Source: a virus (Duplodnaviria; Caudoviricetes). From it: a stretch of 59,141 nt of DNA. The translations under genes were made by a program, and so were the position numbers. The stretch's first letter is position 1; every line of letters begins with the position of its first letter. A model generated the notes under the pieces. That model was not told where the DNA came from. It saw only the letters and a list, made by a program, of their open reading frames with translations, and ran no database searches. Below, piece by piece: positions 48,599 through 58,114 of the stretch. Location of the stretch: IMG/VR virus record IMGVR_UViG_3300031851_000029, positions 1 to 59,141 of that record, one strand, 5' to 3'.

Positions 48599-49407
48599 TA
48601 GAATCTACTACCTCTACTTTGATTGAACCCTCTACTGTGGCTCTTGCCTTCTCTTTGTCCACCAAACATTACTCCTGAAAGCCCTGCCCCACCCATCATT
48701 GCATTTCTTGCTTTCATTGTTTGTAATCCTGTGCCTGCACTATTTAACACGGAAGACATTACTCCGCGAGCGCCATCTGCATTATCGAACTTTTTAGTCA
48801 TTGTCAAACCACCACTTGGACTAGCTTGATTGTTCAAAGCAGCTCTTTTTAATCCTCTGGCAGCAAAGCCACCAGCTGCACCAACTGCAAAACCTTGTCC
48901 AAATTCACCACCAGTAGCATATGAAGTTGTACCGCCAATAAGCCCCATACCCAAAGCTGATCCAATCTGACCCATCCCAGATTGTATTCCCATAGCAGAC
49001 TTGGAATGTTCAGCAGCAGACCACGAGGATCCGTGTACTGCTCCTTCAGGAGGAGGAGTAACAGGCTTATTAGCTGCTACGCCTGGAGCCAATTTGGGGC
49101 CCACTGATGGTGGAGGAGAGTTTTTTGGGATTACTCCACTAGCGACATCTCTTTTGTGATGAAAGCTTGCATTCGCCTGCATTGTTTCAAAGAAGTCAGC
49201 CATTCTGTTTCCTGGACGAGATGACGCAGGACCCATGGTTTGAACTTCTACTGCTGGCGATTTTTTTGCCTCTGGCATTACGGTTTTACTTCTAGGTGCT
49301 CTAGTAGGTCCGCTTGGCACCCAAAGACCACTACTGCCCATCTTGAAGCCTGCCGTAGACACACCTTCACCAATAACCTGGCCTACTAAGTTTGTAGCTG
49401 CTCTCAT
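48598..49407 (-). CDS. Gly-rich protein with glycine-zipper-like segments (269 aa)
   Basis: AGGAG SD. Contains GSALGMGLIGGTTSYATGGEFGQGFAVGAAGG. Confidence 0.6.
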   Translation of the reverse strand: MRAATNLVGQVIGEGVSTAGFKMGSSGLWVPSGPTRAPRSKTVMPEAKKSPAVEVQTMGPASSRPGNRMADFFETMQANASFHHKRDVASGVIPKNSPPPSVGPKLAPGVAANKPVTPPPEGAVHGSSWSAAEHSKSAMGIQSGMGQIGSALGMGLIGGTTSYATGGEFGQGFAVGAAGGFAARGLKRAALNNQASPSGGLTMTKKFDNADGARGVMSSVLNSAGTGLQTMKARNAMMGGAGLSGVMFGGQREGKSHSRGFNQSRGSRF

Positions 49408-49416
49408 TTTAAACTC

Positions 49417-51603
49417 CTATTTCTTTTTCCAGCTTCTGCTTCCTCTTTTGCTTCTTCGGGGTCCCGAACGCTGAGGGGAACTAAACTGGTTTGATTGATT
49501 TTGAATTGATTCTAAAACACTAGGTTCTGTTTTCTTTTTATGAAATATATCACCTCTAGAGCGTTTTTCTCTAGTTTTTTCTTGTGTTCTATATTTTTGT
49601 TTAACTGATCTATCAGAATCAATACTTCCTTCGCCTCTCATTATTCTCATGATTTCCAAAGCTCCTGGAAACCCAGCTTTCTTAAGCGCTCTAGCGTTTT
49701 GATCTACATCATCGTCAGGAGAACTATACCAGTCGCTTTTCTTGCGTCTTTCAACTAAGCCTGGTTTTGAGTAAGGAAGGTTATTCTTACTATAGATGGA
49801 CTCTTCTAGAGAGAGTCCAGCTAAAGCTAACATCATTGCATCTAATCTGTGATCGCCTATGCTTTTCTTTTCCATTCCATAGACAGGCTTATTTGTTGTA
49901 GCATGCCTTCTGAGAACGATATAGTTTAGAAATTGTTTTGCTAAAACTTCGTCCCTGTGTGGGAAGTGGAATCTATTGTCTTCAAGAACTCGTACAGCAT
50001 TTTCTACTAGGTAATGCTTTCCCGACTTAACTATTGTCTGGCCAGTAAGAGGGTCTTTAAGATTTATGTTCTTGGAAAAGTTGAAAGATACTAGACGATC
50101 TACTATTTTTGAAGTTTCTTCGTCCATGGCAGACTTATGACTTTTCCCTCTTTTTCTATGAGATAATAATTTTAAGTCTTCTATAATTGTGTGACCGTAG
50201 CCTTCGTCAGCGTAGATGTAGTCTGGCTTCCACTTAAAGTTTAATCTAATGACTTCCTCTACCCATCTTTTTGCAGAATACTCAGAAGCTCCGACATTGT
50301 GAGCTTCAAGTGCTACCCACTTGCCAACAGAAGCAGAGAATCCAATTACAAAGAATTCTGTTCCTGCGTTTTTGTTCCAGTCGATTCCAATACACTTAAT
50401 CATATTGGCAGGGTCTGGTATTCCTAAATTAGTCCTAAGATAGGAGTAATCCATCGTAGCTGCGTATTCATAATCTGCTCTTGCATTATGAACCCAGTCC
50501 ATTTTGAATACACCGCTCCCACCTTCAATAAACTGAGCCATATACTCAGCTACAAAACCTTCTGAAGTACTTTCTGCTTCTAGCTCTTCTTTGATCTCGC
50601 TCCAATGCGGAAGCACTGTTGATGGATAATAGTCTTCCTTATAGTCTGCTCTTTCAAGACACCATTCGTGAAACTTTCCTTTCTTTCCGATAGGGGTAGA
50701 AGTAGCAATCATTATTGTGTCAGATCTAGTAAGCAAAATAGGTGTAACTACTTTCTCTAATATCTCTTCTGGAATCATATCCATTTCGTCAAGATATATG
50801 ATGTCAGCGCTCTGACCACGTATCGTACCACCACCAGAACCATCAGTTTTCACACCCATTCCAGAAACAAAGCCTGAAATCTTAGCTTTAGTATTATCGC
50901 TAAGCTTAAACTCCATTCTAAAAAATGGACTCTTTACATAGAGTCCATTAGCTGAAGACGTTGACACATAAGAGCATAGCTCTTCGTTTCTTTTTAAAAG
51001 CTTTTCCATTTCGTTAAAAATGTTTGTTAACTGTGCTTGGTAGGGAGTGACTACCATTATTTCTGGTCCAGCAAAAAGTTCTTTGCCAGCAGAATCCTTA
51101 CCTCTTCTAAGCCTTAAGTTATATATGTAATAAATTAGTTTGAGTGCAATAATGAAGGTCTTTCCAGATCGACGACCTTCCCTAACCACGGTTCTTTTAG
51201 AAGAACATCTAAGTTGCTCTTTCTGATAATCTCTAATATGCCAGTTTGGGTCATCGTCGCTAAAGCCAAACATTAACTCTGCCCAGGCAACTGGGTCTAT
51301 CGTAGACAAGAGTATCTTTCTAGCTCGATCTAGCGGAATATCTGACTGCATTGCTATTTCTTTTGCTTTTGCAGCAGAACCTCTAGGGAGTCCTCTTTTG
51401 ATAAAACCACAATTGACTTTAAATTCTCCATACTTGTCTACTTGTCTTAGTTGACAATTGATACAAGTTCTATGTGCGTCTGTATTCAAGTTATACTTTT
51501 CAGCAAACTCTTCTACTAATTCTTCTGATATTGAGGCAGAAGGATCTTGATGCGTATACCCGTATTCGTTAGTTCTGTAGAGTTTTTTAAGTCTTTTATC
51601 CAT
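49417..51603 (-). CDS. terL: Terminase large subunit
   Basis: Walker A EGRRSGKT, Walker B IIYLDEMD, coupling motif ATSTP, and nuclease residues in GIDWN, DEGYG and DHRLDA. Confidence 0.95.
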   Translation of the reverse strand: MDKRLKKLYRTNEYGYTHQDPSASISEELVEEFAEKYNLNTDAHRTCINCQLRQVDKYGEFKVNCGFIKRGLPRGSAAKAKEIAMQSDIPLDRARKILLSTIDPVAWAELMFGFSDDDPNWHIRDYQKEQLRCSSKRTVVREGRRSGKTFIIALKLIYYIYNLRLRRGKDSAGKELFAGPEIMVVTPYQAQLTNIFNEMEKLLKRNEELCSYVSTSSANGLYVKSPFFRMEFKLSDNTKAKISGFVSGMGVKTDGSGGGTIRGQSADIIYLDEMDMIPEEILEKVVTPILLTRSDTIMIATSTPIGKKGKFHEWCLERADYKEDYYPSTVLPHWSEIKEELEAESTSEGFVAEYMAQFIEGGSGVFKMDWVHNARADYEYAATMDYSYLRTNLGIPDPANMIKCIGIDWNKNAGTEFFVIGFSASVGKWVALEAHNVGASEYSAKRWVEEVIRLNFKWKPDYIYADEGYGHTIIEDLKLLSHRKRGKSHKSAMDEETSKIVDRLVSFNFSKNINLKDPLTGQTIVKSGKHYLVENAVRVLEDNRFHFPHRDEVLAKQFLNYIVLRRHATTNKPVYGMEKKSIGDHRLDAMMLALAGLSLEESIYSKNNLPYSKPGLVERRKKSDWYSSPDDDVDQNARALKKAGFPGALEIMRIMRGEGSIDSDRSVKQKYRTQEKTREKRSRGDIFHKKKTEPSVLESIQNQSNQFSSPQRSGPRRSKRGSRSWKKK

Positions 51604-52424
51604 TACATCCTTCTATAGTTTGAAAAGTAGTCTCTAGGCTGGTGCATGTAAGTTGCTTCCATACCCATAGCACTTCTTGCGTTAAGGTGTGAGTTTTGCA
51701 TTGCAGACACAGCTCTTTGTCTTTGCGTAAAAGCGTTTCCAGTCATAAACGAAGCAGTACTACCGGCAGTATCAATCCTTCTTTTCATTCTTTCTCTTTG
51801 GTAGCCAGCTTTTAAATAATTAACACCATTTTTAACTACAGAGTTTCCTACCATGCCTAAACCAATCGCCGCTGCAGTAATCACTGGGTGCCTTCCCATT
51901 TTTGCTCCAACAATAGCTCCAAAAAAAGTTCCTGGAATACCTGCAATTTCTCCACCCATTTGTGCACCCATGAAGCCCATACCCATTGTACTAAAGCCCT
52001 TAATCATGCCCGGTGGCTTAACTTTACTAATGTTTGGAAGAGTAGACTTTGGAAACAATACAGCGTTTGATGCTGCCATTACGGCAACATCTGTGTAGGC
52101 TGCATTGATTGCACCACCCATCCCCCCTTCTTTTGCACCAAGGTACACGTTATAGGCGCTACCAGCTACGCCGAGACCAGCCATCCCGTAGCCACCCAAC
52201 CTTCCTGCAGGTAGCTTGTGGCCAGTTACTTCTGGCATCTTCACTCTGTTAGCAACCCCACCCTCAATGGAATTTCTAAAAATATGAGGACCCCAAGATT
52301 CGTATCTGACTCCGGGTCCAGCAGGTGCAAGACCAGCTCTTGCTATCTCTTCAGGGGATAATGGCCAGAAGCCAGCGCTTAATCGAGCTCCTTGCTCTAC
52401 ATAATTAAATAAGGAATCTAACAT
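51603..52424 (-). CDS. Gly-rich protein with glycine-zipper-like segments (273 aa)
   Basis: Contains MGMGFMGAQMGGEIAGIPGTFFGAIVGA. Coupled to terL by TAATG. Confidence 0.6.
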   Translation of the reverse strand: MLDSLFNYVEQGARLSAGFWPLSPEEIARAGLAPAGPGVRYESWGPHIFRNSIEGGVANRVKMPEVTGHKLPAGRLGGYGMAGLGVAGSAYNVYLGAKEGGMGGAINAAYTDVAVMAASNAVLFPKSTLPNISKVKPPGMIKGFSTMGMGFMGAQMGGEIAGIPGTFFGAIVGAKMGRHPVITAAAIGLGMVGNSVVKNGVNYLKAGYQRERMKRRIDTAGSTASFMTGNAFTQRQRAVSAMQNSHLNARSAMGMEATYMHQPRDYFSNYRRM

Positions 52425-52426
52425 TT

Positions 52427-55400
52427 CTACATCCTGTGGTGGTTGATTGGGCTATTGAACATTTGATGATTTTGATGGCGTTGAAGTTGGGCCATCTCCT
52501 CTCTTCTTCTACGATGATTTGACTGATACATTGAGTAAGCAGCTGGAGTTCTTTTGTTCCAGATTGAAGTACTTGTACCAAGCGTATCAAGAGTTAAGGC
52601 TTTATCTAAAGAGCCATAACCCATTCTATGTGATAACTTGTACTTATGTCTACCTCCTTTGGTAGCCATAAGCTCTCCTCCTTCGAAAAGTAACTGATTC
52701 ATATAATCTTTATGTGGAGTGTTTGACCAGTTAAATAACTTTGGAGCCTTATAGTCTGCATCAAAACCCATTTCGGAGTATCGTTCACCTATAGACGCCG
52801 CTTCAGTAGCCATAGCATTGTTGTAAAAGCCTTGCTCTTGAGCTGACCACATTAATGCTCTAGTAGACATCAGGTTTGCATTTTTGGCAACTGAGGAAGG
52901 GTTGACTAATGTGTTGAAGGTTATTGTGCTGCCAGAAGCAGCTACTACATCTGCATATGCTTTGTACATAGGCATGCCCCACATATTTCTTTCAGAACCT
53001 TGAGCTAATGCTGCAGTTCTAGAAAAAATCTGTGAATTGTACATTTCTTTACTACCCTTCTTTCGGAAAGGAAGGTAAGAAGCGCTACCTCTTCTTAGGA
53101 GTTCTAAGTTCAAGTTCACGCCATCTGCAAAGACGAAACCAACTGAACGTCCATACGTTTGGTTTTTTGGGTCAATTAACAATTCAATGTTATCTCCCCC
53201 ATTAAGCATTGACCTTAAAGCAGCAGTTGCATTGTCAGCATAAGGCATTGCAGATCTACCTGCGTGAGCGGTTTCTGGAGCATCAATACCAGCCATACGA
53301 ATTTTTATTGATTCATTTAGGCCAAAGAAGTCAGAGAGTGCATTTGTCCCTTTTTGTTTAAGTACAATTGTATCTGCATCTTCTGCGGAGAGCTTGTAGT
53401 TGTTAATATTTACTTTTAACAAGTTACCTTTAGCCATACCTTCATAGCCAGCCAAATCTACATAATTCGTACCTTCTGCTTGCTGGTATCTTGTATAGTG
53501 AACGCTGCTGCTGCGCACCATGTCTCTGATACTCGCGCCGACAGATCGGGCATCGCCTCCTGGAGCTAATCTAAACTTCTTCCAATACTGTCCAATAGAA
53601 CTATTTTCGTCGAAGTGGTTTACGTTATAAACCTCACGAATATATTTCTCTCGCTCAGCTAGCATATCTTGGTGTTCAAAAATAAACGTAGATGCTATTG
53701 GCCCTCTATATGGAGAACCAAAGTCAGTCATACTTTTTCTTCTTTGTGCATTTAGACCATTATCTAAGAAGCCAGATTCGCCTTTATGTGGCATTTCCAT
53801 GCTTGAGAATTCAGCTTGACCTTCAAGCCAACGCTCGTAGTTCATAGTTCTAAAAGTCTCTGGACCTTGCCTTTGTCTTCTTACGTCATGCTTATGCCCA
53901 GCAAGTGCACCTAATAGTGTTACACCACCTGCAAACATGCCTGCGTATCTGAATACTCTTCCAGCTTTCACATCCATTGCTTTCCAGCCAGCCCACTTGG
54001 CTTTATCTCCACCAACTATTCTTCCGCCTGATTCAGCTGCTGCTTCCATATCGCTAAACATTTTAGCTTTTGATTGACCGCTTACTGTGTTTGCAACCTT
54101 AGAAAAATGGTCGTCCAAATATTCGCTTCCTGAATTCACAAGAGAGGTTAAAGCATTTGTGAACTCGCGCGAATTTACTGGATTGTGGGTTCTGCTGTTA
54201 GCATCTAAGAACCCTTTTCTTACAAAATCTTCTTCCATGTCAGATGCGACTTTTGCCACATCTACCAAAGCATATTTGCCTTGAGATTTCACATGCTCTA
54301 CTACTTCACCTATATTGGTGAAAGGAGTTCTCATCGGTATTGCAATGGGAACACTTCTTGGAACGCCTTGCGGATCTATTCTTTTTACTTGACCAAGCCT
54401 GTAGCCATTACTTTGGTGGGTTACACCTTCTTTAGTAATATCTAGCCAAGCTCTAGAAAATCTTTTTTGTAATTCTGCTTTTTGAGTTACCTTTCCTATT
54501 TCTTCTGCTGCTGAAGCATATCTTAAAGCAGCATGGAACGCTCCCTTACCTTCTTGCGCTTGCTGTAGTAGTCTAAGTCCTTCTTTGCTTCCTGATGCTA
54601 CTTCTCTAAGTGCTGAAGTCTGTCTAAGGGATTGTTTAAGTACGAGGTTCTCGGTAACGCCTGCATCCATAAAGGCTGCGTGTACCTCTTTACTTGTTAG
54701 CGCTTTCCACGCTTCCTCTTTTGTTTTAGCTATTGAGTAGCCGTAGAGCCTTGCCTGAACATCCATTCCCAGAGAGAAAGGACTTTTGCCTTTCATTATT
54801 CCCAAGCCTTGGGAATGCGATTGTTGCGCTTTTACAACATCGATAATGTCTCTTACGTCACCTTTACCAGTGTTTTTGAGGTAGGCTTCAAATACTCCAG
54901 TCCAGTCCCCTGTAATCAGCGCAGCTGCTCGCGCGCGGTTGACTTCTTTACCAGTTACTGCAAGCACATCGCTAGTACTTAAAGAGGTCTCTGCTATTAC
55001 GTTTCTGAAGCCGGAAACTTTTTTTATTTTTTGGATATATTCCGACTGGCTGATTTTCTGCCCAAAGAATTCGTCTCTTGCTCCTTGTTCGAGCGCAGCG
55101 AGTTTCGCGCCGATTTGTTTTGATTCGAAATTTGCGTTAGCGATCCATATTGCGTTTCCTTTTGCTTTTCTAAGGAATGCACCCTCTGGGTCGAATATTT
55201 GATCAATACTAATGTTTTGTGCTGTAGCTACCCTTACGTCTGATCCAGCCTTCTTCATGCGTTGCTTGATCGCTTCGTCACTCAGCGCTTGGTCTCTGAC
55301 TTTGCCTTCTAAATCTGCAAGCCAAGGGTACTTGCCTTCCTGAAGCCACTTGTGAATAATAGGCTCTCGTGCCGAGAGTTCGCTTTGCAGGTCTGCAAGC

Positions 55401-55756
55401 GACATGCTACGGATTTCTTTTACTGTAAGCCCTCTAGTTCTCCCTTCTTCCGAACCCTTTGCCATGAGGACTTGAGCGACCAGTGAGTCCTTCCAGGTTG
55501 CCTCTCCCCTCGCTATAAGCTGCTGTAGGCCTGGGTGTGCTTGATGCACATCGCTAGCTGATGTAGCAAGCCTAAGTATGTCTTGATCTCTCTTACCTGG
55601 CTTCACTACAGTCAGGTTGGGTTCTATGACAAACTGATTTATCTCTTTGTTGCTGGTATTATATAAAGCAATTTCATGGATACCTACACCCCTACCGAGA
55701 CCCATGGTCTCGATATCCATAATTACGGCTTGCTTATATAATTGCTTCCAGTCCAA
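52427..55756 (-). CDS. Dual nuclease: N-terminal DEDDh exonuclease-like domain plus C-terminal staphylococcal-nuclease (SNase) domain (1109 aa)
   Basis: Exo I MDIETMG, Exo II-like IANANFE and Exo III HAAFMD. SNase motifs DADT, IRMAGIDAPE and YGR...NLELLRRG. TTG start. Confidence 0.8.
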   Translation of the reverse strand: MDWKQLYKQAVIMDIETMGLGRGVGIHEIALYNTSNKEINQFVIEPNLTVVKPGKRDQDILRLATSASDVHQAHPGLQQLIARGEATWKDSLVAQVLMAKGSEEGRTRGLTVKEIRSMSLADLQSELSAREPIIHKWLQEGKYPWLADLEGKVRDQALSDEAIKQRMKKAGSDVRVATAQNISIDQIFDPEGAFLRKAKGNAIWIANANFESKQIGAKLAALEQGARDEFFGQKISQSEYIQKIKKVSGFRNVIAETSLSTSDVLAVTGKEVNRARAAALITGDWTGVFEAYLKNTGKGDVRDIIDVVKAQQSHSQGLGIMKGKSPFSLGMDVQARLYGYSIAKTKEEAWKALTSKEVHAAFMDAGVTENLVLKQSLRQTSALREVASGSKEGLRLLQQAQEGKGAFHAALRYASAAEEIGKVTQKAELQKRFSRAWLDITKEGVTHQSNGYRLGQVKRIDPQGVPRSVPIAIPMRTPFTNIGEVVEHVKSQGKYALVDVAKVASDMEEDFVRKGFLDANSRTHNPVNSREFTNALTSLVNSGSEYLDDHFSKVANTVSGQSKAKMFSDMEAAAESGGRIVGGDKAKWAGWKAMDVKAGRVFRYAGMFAGGVTLLGALAGHKHDVRRQRQGPETFRTMNYERWLEGQAEFSSMEMPHKGESGFLDNGLNAQRRKSMTDFGSPYRGPIASTFIFEHQDMLAEREKYIREVYNVNHFDENSSIGQYWKKFRLAPGGDARSVGASIRDMVRSSSVHYTRYQQAEGTNYVDLAGYEGMAKGNLLKVNINNYKLSAEDADTIVLKQKGTNALSDFFGLNESIKIRMAGIDAPETAHAGRSAMPYADNATAALRSMLNGGDNIELLIDPKNQTYGRSVGFVFADGVNLNLELLRRGSASYLPFRKKGSKEMYNSQIFSRTAALAQGSERNMWGMPMYKAYADVVAASGSTITFNTLVNPSSVAKNANLMSTRALMWSAQEQGFYNNAMATEAASIGERYSEMGFDADYKAPKLFNWSNTPHKDYMNQLLFEGGELMATKGGRHKYKLSHRMGYGSLDKALTLDTLGTSTSIWNKRTPAAYSMYQSNHRRRREEMAQLQRHQNHQMFNSPINHHRM

Positions 55757-55766
55757 AATCAGTACC

Positions 55767-56561
55767 TTAGTCTAACAATATCTCATCATCATCGTCTTGG
55801 TTGCCAGGAAGAGCTTTAGATTTATCAACCCCTTCCAACTCTGTCAGTGCCTCACGTAGTTTTTGAATTTCTGTCAAAATCTTACTCTCATTATTCCCAC
55901 CGCCAACTTTAAGCATCCAGTCGGCTTTAGATTTACGAGTTTCCATAAGTTTATCAAGCCACTTTTCTCTACGACGTTCTAGACGATCTAGCATATCAAC
56001 TGCTGGGTGCAGTTTTGCAGTTTCTGCTTTTTCTCCTGATTCGCTGAATCCTAAAACATCTACCCTCATGAAGTCTCTACCTTGTCCTGACTTGTCTCCA
56101 ACAGCCATTATCATTAAGGTTCTATTCTTATAGAGGTCAATAAGTGCTAGTTCATTAACTACTGACATTTCCACTGGATTAGCAGGGTCTACATTTAGGT
56201 GGGTAACGTACTCTATGATCTTCTGCTGCATGTAGAACTTTTCGAGGATACACTCTCGGCCTATTGGGTAATTGGCGTCGGGTCCATAGTCAAGCTTGTT
56301 ATCAGCGCCCCTCTCGGGGATAGGGCAGCGCTCTACAAAGGGACACTTCTTGGGGCCTAAGCACATCACTGGGGCTACTGCATGTAGCCCTGTCTGTATT
56401 CGGTTGATAGAGTTGGTTATCTTCTGCTGCTTTTCAGGTGCGAGAGAAGTGAAATACTCCATATATTCTGGTTCTACTTGCTGAATCTCAGCAATAGCCT
56501 GCTCTTGAGAACGTACTAAGTTTAAACCAATTGGCTCTAATTCTTTTTTGTCATCACTCAT
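55767..56561 (-). CDS. Putative terminase small subunit (Cys-cluster protein)
   Basis: C-x5-CP-x4-CP...C cluster and a helical C-terminus with HPAVDMLDRL. Lies near the head of the packaging operon. Inferred mainly from position. Confidence 0.5.
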   Translation of the reverse strand: MSDDKKELEPIGLNLVRSQEQAIAEIQQVEPEYMEYFTSLAPEKQQKITNSINRIQTGLHAVAPVMCLGPKKCPFVERCPIPERGADNKLDYGPDANYPIGRECILEKFYMQQKIIEYVTHLNVDPANPVEMSVVNELALIDLYKNRTLMIMAVGDKSGQGRDFMRVDVLGFSESGEKAETAKLHPAVDMLDRLERRREKWLDKLMETRKSKADWMLKVGGGNNESKILTEIQKLREALTELEGVDKSKALPGNQDDDDEILLD

Positions 56562-56634
56562 TGGGTAATCTCGGAAAAACTATTCATATAGTGTGTGAAT
56601 ATTTGTAATAATAATATAAAGTTAGGCCGCAAAG

Positions 56635-56922
56635 CTAGTCTAGGTCGGTATCAGGTTCAGTTTGGTTCGCGAGAAGCTCTTCAAGGCACTCGATAAGCAT
56701 GTCTGGGACTAATTCGGAGTTATCTTTAAGCATATCTATGAAGCCTGGCTCAAAGGTGAGTGCTAAATCAACAGTCTTTCTAGCGTAGACACAATCAATT
56801 CCTCGTTCAGAGGAATCGGCAAGAACTGAATGCCTATAGTAGTGAGTACCAACTATCTTCTTAGCAAAGTCGACATAAGCATTGAGTAGTTTGGAATATT
56901 TATAAAATTCTTCGTGGTTCAT
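56635..56922 (-). CDS. Hypothetical protein (95 aa)
   Basis: GGAG SD 7 nt upstream of the ATG. First gene of the minus-strand cluster. Confidence 0.6.
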   Translation of the reverse strand: MNHEEFYKYSKLLNAYVDFAKKIVGTHYYRHSVLADSSERGIDCVYARKTVDLALTFEPGFIDMLKDNSELVPDMLIECLEELLANQTEPDTDLD

Positions 56923-56977
56923 ATACTGGCTCCATGAAAGTATAACATAACAAAAAATAACATCAAAGTCTCTATAT

Positions 56978-57052
56978 AAAAAGGCGAAAACTAGATATTT
57001 CTAAAATTTTCAAAAAGGTTTTGTGGCGCGCGGCGAAAAAAGCCGAAAACTA
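56978..57052. repeat. 16-bp imperfect direct repeat in the AT-rich divergence region
   Basis: AAAAAGGCGAAAACTA (56978-56993) and AAAAAGCCGAAAACTA (57037-57052), plus a partial GGCGAAAA at 57032. Confidence 0.6.
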
Positions 57053-57161
57053 ATCCTAATTAGGCAGAATGAAAATATATACTCTATTTATACCTATTAT
57101 ATATTATAGAATAGAATTGAACGGTCCTAACGAGCCCACCCCGGTCTACGCATGACTAACT

Positions 57162-57175
57162 CCTTTTTTTAATGG
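57162..57175 (+). promoter_or_regulatory. Repeated element copy 1 (putative phage promoter)
   Basis: CCTTTTTTTAATGG with no terminator hairpin before it. Followed by the hairpin GTCATC-ATAA-GATGGC. Confidence 0.55.
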
Positions 57176-57222
57176 TCATCATAAGATGGCTGTAATTGAT
57201 AGCAACACACAGGAGTACTGCT

Positions 57223-57546
57223 ATGCAAGCAAATAACGTAATCCAGCTTCCTCTCGTTCCCAATCCCGAAAGTGTCGAGGGTTTCTGGCTCAAGGTCTAC
57301 ATGGTTCTTACCAAAATGGTCGCTGATCCAGAGACCAAAGTCAAAGTCCGCTCTAACGAGATCCAGTTCTTCCTTAACGGCCTGCGGGTCGATCTGCGGA
57401 AGTTCCACATCTACGTCAAGAACGAGGGGAGCGAGATGCTGTCTGTACCTAACCCTAGCTGCATGCAAGCAGCATTCGGGCAGGCAATCCAAGACGCTAA
57501 CAAGGGTAGCATCGAAGACATCTTCGACGACTTCCTTGGTCTTTAG
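57223..57546 (+). CDS. Early-region hypothetical protein (107 aa)
   Basis: AGGAG SD at 57211 and ATG at 57223. C/G-ending codons. Followed by a terminator. Confidence 0.8.
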   Translation: MQANNVIQLPLVPNPESVEGFWLKVYMVLTKMVADPETKVKVRSNEIQFFLNGLRVDLRKFHIYVKNEGSEMLSVPNPSCMQAAFGQAIQDANKGSIEDIFDDFLGL

Positions 57547-57554
57547 ATAGGATT

Positions 57555-57588
57555 AGGTGCTCATCGCAAGATGGGCACCTTTTTCTTT
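57555..57588 (+). terminator. Intrinsic terminator
   Basis: AGGTGCTCATC-GCAA-GATGGGCACCT followed by TTTTCTTT. Confidence 0.85.
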
Positions 57589-57593
57589 AATGG
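57578..57593 (+). promoter_or_regulatory. Repeated element copy 2 (putative phage promoter)
   Basis: CCTTTTTCTTTAATGG overlapping the terminator tail. Confidence 0.55.
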
Positions 57594-57640
57594 TCTATAG
57601 CGGGCAATCAAGCCTACTATCTATACACTTTGGAGGTGTC

Positions 57641-58057
57641 ATGACCACATTCGTAAAGACAATCGCAGCCATTCTGTTAACCCTGGTGGCGGTAGGTATC
57701 ATCGACTTCAACATGAGAGCGGAAGAGGAGAGCACATGCTCATTCTCATCTGCTGAGTGGTGTGGGATGATGTACCAGGACAGATTAGCTGATGCTCATC
57801 AAGAGCTGGCTAGCTGTCAGATGCAGCATCCACAAGGTCCTCATGCCAACCACGATGAGGGCTGCATCCATAGCCTCTGTGATGAGAGTACGGAAGCATT
57901 CACTCAGTGGGTGTTTCCAGCCAACTCATACCTGCTCAGGCGAGTAGAGCTCTCTGACAAGGACTATGAGCTTCAGGTATTGCTTGCCGAGCACATCGGT
58001 GGCACACCCGAGCAGTGGCCTATGCCAGTCAAAACAGTAGCAGAGATGGGCTACTAG
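57641..58057 (+). CDS. Membrane-anchored or secreted Cys/His-rich early protein (138 aa)
   Basis: GGAGG SD at 57632 and ATG at 57641. N-terminal hydrophobic helix IAAILLTLVAVGII. Confidence 0.8.
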   Translation: MTTFVKTIAAILLTLVAVGIIDFNMRAEEESTCSFSSAEWCGMMYQDRLADAHQELASCQMQHPQGPHANHDEGCIHSLCDESTEAFTQWVFPANSYLLRRVELSDKDYELQVLLAEHIGGTPEQWPMPVKTVAEMGY

Positions 58058-58074
58058 CAGAAGATAGGGTAAGT

Positions 58075-58114
58075 CCTATTCAGTAGAAATACTGGGTAGG
58101 CACCTTTTTCTTTT
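58075..58114 (+). terminator. Intrinsic terminator
   Basis: CCTATTCAGTA-GAAA-TACTGGGTAGG followed by CACCTTTTTCTTTT. Confidence 0.75.

Noticed and set aside
49417-51603. Intein or intron in terL, portal or the polymerase
   Set aside because: No intein splice-junction or LAGLIDADG/HNH motifs were noticed, and the reading frames are continuous.
1152-56484. Many short plus-strand ORFs in the track, including 11144-11863 (239 aa)
   Set aside because: Antisense shadows of long minus-strand genes, with no evident ribosome-binding sites and complement-biased composition.
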